Shown here: positions 16,801 through 31,410 of the stretch, piece after piece
How the letters are laid out: each line of letters begins with the position of its first letter
How positions within the stretch are numbered: the first letter of the stretch is position 1
Assembly (NCBI RefSeq): GCF_009914755.1
Contig: NC_060937.1
Source: the human T2T-CHM13v2.0 reference genome, Homo sapiens
Length of the DNA: 64,000 nucleotides
Direction: 5' to 3' (one strand)
The notes under the pieces: generated by a model
Databases searched by the model: none
What the model saw: the letters and a program-made list of their open reading frames with translations, nothing else
What the model was told of the DNA's origin: nothing
Translations under genes and position numbers: made by a program

Positions 16801-19800
16801 ATATACTGTACATAAAATATGAAATTCCATCAAATATATATTATATTAGGTACATAAATATGAAAGTACATCAAATATAGATTATATACTGTAGATAAAA
16901 TATCAATGTACCCCAAATATATATTTTATACTCTACATGAAATACCAAAGTTCACAAACCATATATTATATACTGTACATAAAATATCAAAGTACCCAAG
17001 GTATATATTCTATACTGTACAAAAAATATCAAAGTACCCAAAGCATGTATTATATACTGTACATAAAATATGAAAGTACATCAAATATATATTTTATTCT
17101 GTACATAAAATATCAAAGTACACCAGATATATATTCTATAGTGTACATAAAATATCAAAGTACCCAAACTATACATTATATACTGTACATAAAATATGAA
17201 ATTACATCAAATATATATTATATTAGGTACATAAAATATGAAAGTACATCAAATATAGATTATATACTGTACTTTAAATACCAAAGTACCCCAAATATAT
17301 ATTTTATACTGTACATCAAATATCAAAGTTCACAAACTATATATTATATACTGTACATAAAATATCAAAGTACCCATGGTATACATTCTATACTGTACAA
17401 AAAATATCAAAGTACCCAAAGCAAGTATTATATACTGTACATAAAATATGAAAGTACATCAAATATATATGTTATTCTGTACATAAAATATCAAAGTACA
17501 CCAGATATATATTCTATAGTGTGCATAAAATATCAAAGTACCCAAACTATACATGATATACTGTACATAAAATATGAAATTTCATCAAATATATATTAGG
17601 TACATAAAATATGAAAGTACATCAAATATAGATTATATACTGTACATATAATATCAATGTACCCCAAATATATATTTTATACTCTACATGAAATATCAAA
17701 GTTCACAAACAATACATTATATACTGTACATAAAATATCAAAGTACCCAAGGTATATATTCTATACTGTACAGAAAATATCAAAGTACCCAAAGCATGTA
17801 TTTTATACTGTACATAAAATATGAAAGTACATCAAATATATATCTTATTCTGTACATAAAATATCAAAGTACACCAGATATATATTCTATAGTGTACATA
17901 AAATAACAAAGTACCCAAACTATACATTATATACTGTACATAAAATATGAAATTACATCAAATATATATTAGGTACATAAAATATGAAAGTACATCAAAT
18001 ATAGATTATATACTGTACATAAAATATCAAAGTACCCCAAATATATATTATATACTCTACATGAAATATCAAAGTTCACAAACTATATATTATATACTGT
18101 ACATAAAATATCAAAATACCCAAGGTATATATTCTATACTTTACAAAAAATATCAAAGTACCCAAAGCATGTATTATATACTGTACATAAAATATGAAAG
18201 TACATCAAATATATATTTTATTCTGTACATAAAATATCAAAGTACACCAGATATATATTCTATAGTGTACATAAAATAACAAAGTACACAAACTATAAAT
18301 TATATACTGTACATAAAATATGAAATTACATCAAATATATATTAGGTACATAAAATATGAAAGTACATCAAATATAGATTATATACTGTACATAAAATAT
18401 CAATGTACCCCAAATATATATTTTATACTCTACATGAAATATCAAAGTTCACAAACCATATATTATATAATGTACATAAAATATCAAAGTACCCAAGGTA
18501 TATATTCTATACTGTACAAAAAATATCAAATTACCCAAAGCATTTATTATATACTGTACATAAAATATGAAAGTACATCAAATATATATTTTATTCTGTA
18601 CATAAAATATCAAAGTACACCAGATATATATTCTATAGTGTACATAAAATATCAAAGTACCCAAACTATACATTATACACTGTACATAAAATATGAAATT
18701 ACATCAAATATATATTATATTAGGTACATAAAATATGGAAGTACATCAAATATAGATTATATACTGTACATAAAATACCAAAGTACCCCAAATATATATT
18801 TTATACTGTACATGAAATATCAAAGTTCACACACTATATATTATATACTGTACATAAAATATCAAAGTACCCAAGGTATATATTCTATACTGTACAAAAA
18901 ATATCAAAGTACCCAAAGCATGTATTAAATACTGTACATAAAATATGAAAGTACATCAAATATATATTTTATTCTGTACATAAAATATCAAAGTACACCA
19001 GATATATATTCTATAGAGTACATAAAATATCAAAGTACCCAAAATATACATTATATACTGTACATAAAATATGAAATTACATCAAATATATATTATATTA
19101 GGAACATAAAATATGAAAGTACATCAAATATAGATTCTATACTGTACATAAAATATCAAAGAACACCAAATATATATTATATACTCTACATGAAATATCA
19201 AAGTTCACAAACTATATATTGTATACTGTACATAAAATATCAAAGTACCCAAGGTATATATTCTATACTCTACAAAAAATATCAAAGTACCCAAACTATA
19301 CATTATATACTGTATATAAAATATGAAATTATATCAAATATATATTATATTAGGTACATAAAATATGAAAATACATCAAATATAGATTATATACTGTACA
19401 TAAAATATCAAAGTACCCAAACTATACATTATATACTGTACATAAAATATGAAATTACATCAAATAAATATTAGGTAAATAAAATATGAAAGTACATCAA
19501 ATATAGATTATACGCTGTACAAAAAATATCAAAGTACCCCAAATATATATTATATACTGTACATGAAATATCAAAGTTCACAAACTATATATTATATACT
19601 GTACCTAAAATATCAAAGTACCCAAGGTATATATTCTATACTGTACAAAAAATATCAAAGTATCCAAAGCATGTATTATATACTGTATGTAAAATATGAA
19701 AGTACATTAAACATATATTTTATTCTGTACATAAAATATCAAAGTACACCAGATATATATTCTATAGTGTACGTAAAATAACAAAGTACACAAACTATAA

Positions 19801-22800
19801 ATTATATACTGTATATAAAATATGAAATTACATCAAATATATATTAGGTACATAAAATATGAAAGTACATCAAATATAGATTATATACTGTACATATAAT
19901 ATCAATGTACCCCAAATATATATTTTATACTCTACATGAAATATCAAAGTTCACAAACCATACATTATATACTGTACATAAAATATCAAAGTACCCAAGG
20001 TATATATTCTATACTGTACAAAAAATATCAAAGTACCCAAAGCATGTATTATATACTGTACATAAAATATGAAAGTACATCAAATATATATTTTATTCTG
20101 TACATAAAATATCAAAGTACACCAGATATATATTCTATAGTGTACATAAAATATCAAAGTACCCAAACTATAGATTATATACTGTACATAAAATATGAAA
20201 TTACATCAAATATATATTAGGTACATAAAATATGAAAGTACATCAAATATAGATTATATACTGTACATAAAATATCAAAGTACCCCAAATATATATTATA
20301 TACTCTACATGAAATATCAAAGTTCACAAACTATATATTGTATACTGTACATAAAATATCAAAGTACCCAAGGTATATATTCTATACTGTACAAAAAATA
20401 TCAAATTACCCAAAGCATGTATTATATACTGTACATAAAATATGAAAGTACATCAAATATATATTTTATTCTGTACATAAAATATCAAAGTACACCAGAT
20501 ATATATTCTATAGTGTACATAAAATAACAAAGTACAAAAACTATACATTATATACTGTACATAAATATGATATTACATCAAATATATATTATGTTAGGTA
20601 CATAAAATATGAAAGTACATCAGATATAGATTATATACTGTACATAAAATATCAATGTACCCCAAATATATATTTTATACTCTACATGAAATATCAAAGT
20701 TCACAAACTCTATATTATATACTGTACATAAAATATCAAAATACCCAAGGTATATATTCTATATTGTACAAAAAATATCAAAGTACCCAAAGCATGTATT
20801 ATATACTGTATATAAAATATGAAAATACATTAAATATATATTTTATTCTGTACATAAAATATCAAAGTACACCAGATATATATTCTATAGTGTACATAAA
20901 ATAACAAAGTACACAAACTATAAATTATATACTGTACGTAAAATATGAAATTACATCAAATATATATTAGGTACATAAAATATGAAAGTACATCAAATAT
21001 AGATTATATACTGTACATATAATATCAATGTACCCCAAATATATATTTTATACTCTACATGAAATATCAAAGTTCACAAACCATACATTATATACTGTAC
21101 ATAAAATATCAAAATACCCAAGGTATATATTCTATACTGTACAAAAAATATCAAAGTACCCAAAGCATGTATTATATACTGTACATAAAATATGAAACTA
21201 CATCAAATATATATTTTATTCTGTACATAAAATATCAAAGTACACCAGATATATATTCTATAGTGTATATAAAATATCAACGTACCCAAACTATACATTA
21301 TATACTGTACATAAAATATGAAATTACATCAAATATATATTATATTAGGTACATAAAATATGAAAGCACATCAAATATAGATTATATACTGTACTTTAAA
21401 TACCAAAGTACCCCAAATATATATTTTATACTGTACATCAAATATCAAAGTTCACAAACTATATATTATATACTGTACATAAAATATCAAAGTACCCATG
21501 GTATATATTCTATACTGTACAAAAAATATCAAAGTATCCAAAGCATGTATTATATACTGTATATAAAATATGAAAGTACATTAAACATATATTTTATTCT
21601 GTACATAAAATATCAAAGTACACCAGATATATATTCTATAGTGTACATAAAATAACAAAGTACACAAACTATAAATTATATACTGTATATAAAATATGAA
21701 ATTACATCAAATATATATTAGGTACATAAAATATGAAAGTACATCAAATATAGATTATATACTGTACATATAATATCAATGTACCCCAAATATATATTTT
21801 ATACTCTACATGAAATATCAAAGTTCACAAACCATACATTATATACTGTACATAAAATATCAAAGTACCCAAGGTATATATTCTATACTGTACAAAAAAT
21901 ATCAAAGTACCCAAAGCATGTATTATATACTGTACATAAAATATGAAAGTACATCAAATATATATTTTATTCTGTACATAAAATATCAAAGTACACCAGA
22001 TATACATTCTATAGTGTACATAAAATATCAAAGTACCAAAACTATACATTATATACTGTACATAAAATATGAAATTACATCAAATATATATTAGGTACAT
22101 TAAATATGAAAGTACATCAAATATAGATTATATACTGTACATAAAATATCAAAGTACCCCAAATATATATTATATACTCTACATGAAATATCAAAGTTCA
22201 CATAGTATATATTATATACTGTACATAAAATATCAAAGTACCCAAGGTATATATTCTATACTGTACAAAAAATATCAAAGTACCCAAAGCATGTATTATA
22301 TACTGTACATAAAATATGAAAGTACATCAAATATATATTTTATTCTGTACATAAAATATCAAAGTACAACAGATATATATTCTATAGTGTACATAAAATA
22401 ACAAAGTAGAAAAACTATAAATTATATACTGTACATAAAATATGAAATTACATCAAATATATATTAGGTACATAAAATATGAAAGTTTATCAAATATAGA
22501 TTATATACTGTACATAAAATATCAAAGTACCCCAAATATATATTATATACTGTACATGAAATATCAAAGTTCACAAACCATATATTATATACTGTACATA
22601 AAATATCAAGGTACCCAAGGTATATATTCTATACTGTACAAAAAATATCAAAGTACACAAAGCATTTATTACTGTACATAAAATATGAAAGTACATCAAA
22701 TATATATTTTATTCTGTACATAAAATATCAAAGTACACCAGATATATATTCTATAGTGTGCATAAAATATCAAAGTACCCAAACTAACAATTATATACTG

Positions 22801-25800
22801 TACATAAAATATGAAATTACATCAAATATATATTATATTAGGTACATAAAATATGAAAGCACATCAAATATAGATTATATACTGTACTTTAAATACCAAA
22901 ATACCCCAAATATATATTTTATACTGTACATCAAATATCAAAGTTCACAAACTATATATTATATACTGTACATAAAATATCAAAGTACCCATGGTATATA
23001 TTCTATACTGTACAAAAAATATCAAAGTACCCAAAGCATGTATTATATACTGTACATAAAATATGAAAGTACATCAAATATATATTTTATTCTGTACATA
23101 AAATATCAAAGTATACCAGATATATATTCTATAGTGTACATAAAATAACAAAGTACACAAACTATAAATTATATACTGTACATAAAATATGAAATTACAT
23201 CAAATATATATTAGGTACATAAAATATGAAAGTACATCAAATATAGATTATATACTGTACATATAATATCAAAGTACCCCAAATATATATTTTATACTCT
23301 ACATGAAATATCAAAGTTCACAAACTATACATTATGTACTGTACATAAAATATCAAAGTACCCAAGGTATATAATCTATACTGTACAAAAAATATCAAAG
23401 TACCCAAAGCATATATTATATACTGTACATAAAATATGAAAGTACATCAAATATATATTTTATTCTGTACATATAATATCAAAGTACACCAGATATATAT
23501 TCTATAGTGTACATAAAATATCAAAGTACCCAAACTATACATTATATACTGTACATAAAATATGAAATTACATCAAATATATATTAGGTACATAAAATAT
23601 GAAAGTACATCAAATATAGATTATATACTGTACATAAAATATCAATGTACCCCAAATATATATTTTATACTGTACATGAAATATCAAAGTTCACAAACCA
23701 TATATTATATAATGTACATAAAATATCAAAGTACCCAAGGTATATATTCTATACTGTACAAAAAATATCAAATTACCCAAAGCATGTATTTTATACTGTA
23801 CATAAAATATGAAAGTACATCAAATATATATTTTATTCTGTACATAAAATATCAAAGTACACCAGACATATATTCTATACTGTACATAAAATATCAAAGT
23901 ACCCAAACTATACATTATACACTGTACATAAAATATGAAATTACATCAAATATATATTATATTAGGTACATAAAATATGAAAGTACATCAAATATAGATT
24001 ATATACTGTACATAAAATACCAAAGTACCCCAAATATATATTTTATACAGTACATGAAATATCAAAGTTCACACACTATATATTATATACTGTACATAAA
24101 ATATCAAAGTACCCAAGGTATATATTCTATACTGTACAAAAAATATCAAAGTACCCAAAGCATGTATTAAATACTGTACATAAAATATGAAAGTACATCA
24201 AATATATATTTTATTCTGTACATAAAATATCAAAGTACACCAGATATATATTCTATAGTGTACATAAAATATCAAAGTACCCAAAATATACATTATAAAC
24301 TGTACATAAAATATGAAATTACATCAAATATATATTATATTAGGAACATAAAATATGAAAGTACATCAAATATAGATTCTATACTGTACATAAAATATCA
24401 AAGAACCCCAAATATATATTATATACTCTACATGAAATATCAAAGTTCACAAACTATATATTATATACTGTACATAAAATATCAAAGTACCCAAGGTGTA
24501 TATTCTATACTCTACAAAAAATATCAAAGTACCCAAACTATACATTATATACTGTATATAAAATATGAAATTATATCAAATATATATTATATTAGGTACA
24601 TAAAATATGAAAGTACATCAAATATAGATTATATACTGTACATAAAATATCAAAGTACCCAAACTATACATTATATACTGTACATAAAATATGAAATTAC
24701 ATCAAATATATATTAGGTAAATAAAATATGAAAGTACATCAAATATAGATTATATACTGTACATAAAATATCAAATTACCCCAAATATATATTATATACT
24801 CTACATGAAATATCAAAGTTCACAAACTATATATTATATAATGTACATAAAATATCAAAGTACCCAAGGTATATATTCTATACTGTACAAAAAATATCAA
24901 AGTATCCAAAGCATGTATTATATACTGTATATAAAATATGAAAGTACATTAAATATATATTTTATTCTGTACATAAAATATCAAAGTACACCAGATATAT
25001 ATTCTATAGTGTACATAAAATAACAAAGTACGCAAACTATAAATTATATACTGTACATAAAATATGAAATTACATCAAATATATATTAGGTACATAAAAT
25101 ATGAAAGTACATCAAATATAGATTATATTCTGTACATATAATATCAATGTACCCCAAATATATATTTTATACTCTACATGAAATATCAAAGTTCACAAAC
25201 CATACATTATATACTGTACATAAAATATCAAAGTACCCAAGGTATATATTCTATACTGTACAAAAAATATCAAAGTACCCAAAGCATGTATTATATACTG
25301 TACATAAAATATGAAAGTACATCAAATAGATATTTTATTCTGTACATAAAATATCAAAGTACACCAGATATATATTCTATAGTGTACATAAAATATCAAA
25401 GTATCCAAACTATACATTATATACTGTACATAAAATATGAAATTACATCAAATATATATTAGGTACATAAAATATGAAAGTACATCAAATATAGATTATA
25501 TACTGTACATAAAATATCAAAGTACCCCAAATATATATTATATACTCTACATGAAATATCAAAGTTCACAACTATATATTATATACTGTACATAAAATAT
25601 CAAAGTACCCAAGGTATATATTCTATACTGTACAAAAAATATCAAAGTACCCAAAGCATGTATTATATACTGTATATAAAATATGAAAGTACATTAAATA
25701 TATATTTTATTCTGTACATAAAATATCAAAGTACACCAGATATATATTCTATAGTGTACATAAAATAACAAAGTACGCAAACTATACATTATATACTGTA

Positions 25801-28800
25801 CATAAAATATGAAATTACATCAAATATATATTAGGTACATAAAATATGAAAGTACATCAAATATAGATTATATACTGTACATATAATATCAATGTACCCC
25901 AAATATATATTTTATACTCTACATGAAATATCAAAGTTCACAAACCATACATTATATACTGTACATAAAATATCAAAGTACCCAAGGTATATATTCTATA
26001 CTGTACAAAAAATATCAAAGTACCCAAAGCATGTTTTATATACTGTACATAAAATATGAAAGTACATCAAATATATATTTTATTCTGTACATAAAATATC
26101 AAAGTACACCAGATATATATTCTATAGTGTACATAAAATAACAAAGTACACAAACTATACATTATATACTGTACATAAAATATGAAATTACATCAAATAT
26201 ATATTAGGTAAATAAAATATGAAAGTACATCAAATATAGATTATATACTGTACATAAAATATCAATGTACCCCAAATATATATTTTATACTCTACATGAA
26301 ATATCAAAGTTCACAAACCATATATTATATAATGTACATAAAATATCAAAGTACCCAAGGTATATATTCTATACTGTACAAAAAATATCAAATTACCCAA
26401 AGCATTTATTATATACTGTACATAAAATATGAAAGTACATCAAATATATATTTTATTCTGTACATAAAATATCAAAGTACACCAGATATATATTCTATAG
26501 TGTACATAAAATATCAAAGTACCCAAACTATACATTATACACTGTACATAAAATATGAAATTACATCAAATATATATTATATTAGGTACATAAAATATGA
26601 AAGTACATCAAATATAGATTATATACTGTACATAAAATACCAAAGTACCCCAAATATATATTTTATACTGTACATGAAATATCAAAGTTCACACACTATA
26701 TATTATATACTGTACATAAAATATCAAAGTACCCAAGGTAAATATTCTATACTGTACAAAAAATATCAAAGTACCCAAAGCATGTATTATATATTGTACA
26801 TAAAATATGAAAGTACATCAAATATATATTTTATTCTGTACATAAAATATCAAAGTACACCAGATATATATTCTATAGTGTACAAAATATCAAAGTACCC
26901 AAACTATACATTATATACTGTACATAAAATATGAAATTACATCAAATATATATTATATTAGGTACATAAAATATGAAAGTACATCAAATATAGATTATAT
27001 ACTGTACATAAAATATCAAATTACCCCAAATATATATTATATACTCTACATGAAATATCAAAGTTCACAAACTATATATTATATACTGTACATAAAATAT
27101 CAAAGTACCCAAGGTATATATTCTATACTGTACAAAAAATATCAAAGTATCCAAAGCATGTATTATATACTGTATATAAAATATGAAAGTACATTAAATA
27201 TATATTTTATTCTGTACATAAAATATCAAAGTACACCAGATATATATTCTATAGTGTACATAAAATAACAAAGTACGCAAACTATAAATTATATACTGTA
27301 CATAAAATATGAAATTACATCAAATATATATTAGGTACATAAAATATGAAAGTACATCAAATATAGATTATATTCTGTACATATAATATCAATGTACCCC
27401 AAATATATATTTTATACTCTACATGAAATCTCAAAGTTCACAAACCATACATTATATACTGTACATAAAATATCAATGTACCCAAGGTATATATTCTATA
27501 CTGTACAAAAAATATCAAAGTACCCAAAGCATGTATTATATACTGTACATAAAATATGAAAGTACATCAAATAGATATTTTATTCTGTACATAAAATATC
27601 AAAGTACACCAGATATATATTTTATTCTGTACATAAAATATCAAAGTACACCAGATATATATTCTATAGTGTACATAAAATATCAAAGTACCCAAACTAT
27701 ACATTATATACTGTACATAAAATATGAAATTACATCAAATATATATTATATTAGGTACATAAAATATGAAAGTACATCAAATATAGATTATATACTGTAC
27801 ATAAAATATCAAAGTACCCCAAATATATATTATATACTCTACATGAAATATCAAAGTTCACAAACTATATATTATATACTGTAAATAAAATATCAAAGTA
27901 CCCAAGGTATATATTCTATACTGTACAAAAAATATCAAAGTATCCAAAGCATGTATTATATACTGTATATAAAATATGAAAGAACATTAAATATATATTT
28001 TATTCTGTACATAAAATATCAAAGTACACCAGATATATATTCTATAGTGTACATAAAATAACAAAGTACGCAAACTATAAATTATATACTGTACATAAAA
28101 TATGAAATTACATCAAATATATATTAGGTACATAAAATATGAAAGTACATCAAATATAGATTATATACTGTACATAAAATATCAATGTACCCCAAATATA
28201 TATTTTATACTCTACATGAAATATCAAAGTTCACAAACCATATATTATATACTGTACATAAAATATCAAAGTACCCAAGGTATATATTCTATACTGTACA
28301 AAAAATATCAAAGTACCCAAAGCATGTATTATATACTGTACATAAAATATGAAAGTACATCAAATATATATTTTATTCTGTACATAAAATATCAAAGTAC
28401 ACCAGATATATATTCTATAGTGTACATAAAATATCAAAGTACCCAAACTATTTATTATATACTGTACATAAAATATGAAATTACATCAAATATATATTAT
28501 ATTAGGTACATAAAATATGAAAGTACATCAAATATAGATTATATACTGTACATGAAATACCAAAGTACCCCTAATATATATTTTATACGGTACATGAAAT
28601 ATCAAAGTTCACAAACTATATATTATATACTGTATATAAAATATCAAAGTACCCAAGGTATATATTCTATACTGTACAAAAAATATCATAGTACCCAAAG
28701 CATGTATTATATACTGTACATAAATTATGAAAGTACATCAAATATATATTTTATTCTGTACATAAAATATCAAAGTACACCAGATATATATTCTATAGTG

Positions 28801-31410
28801 TACATAAAATATCAAAGTACCCAAACTATACATTATATACTGTACATAAAATATGAAATTACATGAAATTTATATTAGGTACATAAAATATGAAAGTACA
28901 TCAAATATAGATTATATACTGTACATAAAATATCAAAGTACCCCAAATATATATTATATACTATACATGAAATATAAAAGTTCACAAACTATATATTATA
29001 TACTGTACATAAAATATCCAAGTACCCAAGTTATATATTCTATACTGTACAAAAAATATCAACGTACCCAAAGCATGTATTATATACTCTATATAAAATA
29101 TGAAAGTACATCACATATATATTTTATTCTGTACATAAAATATCAAAGTACACCAGATATATATTCTATAGTGTACATAAAATAACAAAGTACAAAAACT
29201 ATAAATTATATGCTGTACATAAAATATGAAATTACATCAAATATATATTAGGTACATAAAATATGAAAGTACATCAAATATAGATTATATACTGTACATA
29301 AAATATCAATGTACCCCAAATATATATTTTATACTCTACATGAAATATCAAAGTTCACAAACCATATATTATATACTGTACATAAAATATCAAAGTACCC
29401 AAGGCATATATTCTATACTGTACAAAAAATATCAAAGTACCCAAAGCATGTATTATATACTGTACATAAAATATGAAAGTACATCAAATATATATTTTAT
29501 TCTGTACATAAAATATCAAAGTACACCAGATATATATTCTATAGTGTACATAAAATATCAAAGTACCCAAACTATACATTATATACTGTACATAAAATAT
29601 GAAATTACATCAAATATATATTATATTAGGTTCATAAAATATGAAAGCACATCAAATATAGATTATATACTGTACATTAAATACCAAAGTACCCCAAATA
29701 TATATTTTATACTGTACATCAAATATCAAAGTTCACAAACTATATATTATATACTGTACATAAAATATCAAAGTACCCATGGTATATATTCTACACTGTA
29801 CAAAAAATATGAAAGTACCCAAAGCATGTGTTATATACTGTATATAAAATATGAAAGTACATCACATATATATTTTATTCTGTACATAAAATATCAAAGT
29901 ACACCAGATATATATTCTATAGTGAACATAAAATAACAAAGTACAAAAACTATAAATTATATGCTGTACATAAAATATGAAATTACATCAAATATATATT
30001 AGGTACATAAAATGTGAAAGTACATCAAATATAGATTATATAGTGTACATAAAATATCAATGTACCCCAAATATATATTTTATACTCTACATGAAATATC
30101 AAAGTTCACAAACCATACATTATATACTGCACATAAAATATCAAAGTACCCAAGGTATATATTCTATACTGTACAAAAAATATCAAAGTACCCAAAGCAT
30201 GTATTATATACTGTACATAAAATATGAAACTACATCAAATATATATTTTATTCTGTACATAAAATATCAAAGTACACCAGATATATATTCTATAGTGTAC
30301 ATAAAATATCAACGTACCCAAACTATACATTATATACTGTACATAAAATATGAAATTACATCAAATATATATTATATTAGGTACATAAAATATGAAAGCA
30401 CATCAAATATAGATTATATACTGTACTTTAAATACCAAAATACCCCAAATATAGACTTTATACTGTACATCAAATATCAAAGTTCACAAACTATATATTA
30501 TATACTGTACATAAAATATCAAAGTACCCATGGTATATATTCTATACTGTACAAAAAATATCAAAGTACCCAAAGCATGTATTATATACTGTACATAAAA
30601 TATGAAAGTACATCAAATATATATTTTATTCTGCACATAAAATATCAAAGTACACCACATATATATTCTATAGTGTACATAAAATATAAAAGTACCCAAA
30701 CTATACATTATATACTGTACATAAAATATGAAATTACCTCAAATATATATTAGGTACATAAAATATGAAAGTACATCAAATATAGATTATATACTGTACA
30801 TAAAATATCAAAGTACCCCAAATATATATTATATACTCTACATGAAATATCAAAGTTCACAAACTATATATTATATACTGTACATAAAATATCCAAGTAC
30901 CCAAGGTATATATTCTATACTGTACAAAAATATCAACGTACCCAAAGCATGTATTATATACTCTATATAAAATATGAAAGTACATCACATATATATTTTA
31001 TTCTGTACATAAAATATCAAACTACACCAGATATATATTCTATAGTGTACATAAAATAACAAAGTACAAAAACTATAAATTATATGCTGTACATAAAATA
31101 TGAAATTACATCAAATATATATTAGGTACATAAAATATGAAAGTACATCAAATATAGATTATATACTGTACATAAAATATCAATGTACCCCAAATATATA
31201 TTTTATACTCTACATGAAATATCAAAGTTCACATACCATATATTATATACTGTACATAAAATATCAAAGTACCCAAGGTATATATTCTATACTGTACAAA
31301 AAATATCAAAGTACCCAAAGCATGTATTAAATACTGTACATAAAATATGAAAGTACATCAAATAAATATTTTATTCTGTACATAAAATATCAAAGTACAC
31401 CAGATATATA
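13850..31410 (+). repeat. HSat1A subfamily L, second block (mixed 373/378-bp HORs)
   Basis: Same diagnostics as 1-9970. Last AAATAACAAAG at about 31055, last deletion of the TTAGGTAC type at about 31120, last ACACCAGAT at 31397-31405. Confidence 0.85.
18300..25550 (+). repeat. Direct duplication, about 18300-20300 vs 23540-25550 (offset 5242 bp)
   Basis: ORF starts 18320/23562, 19563/24805 and 19936/25178 differ by 5242; shared TTAGGAACAT, AGATTCTAT, GTTCACACAC, GTATTAAATAC and the same monomer rearrangement. Confidence 0.85.
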
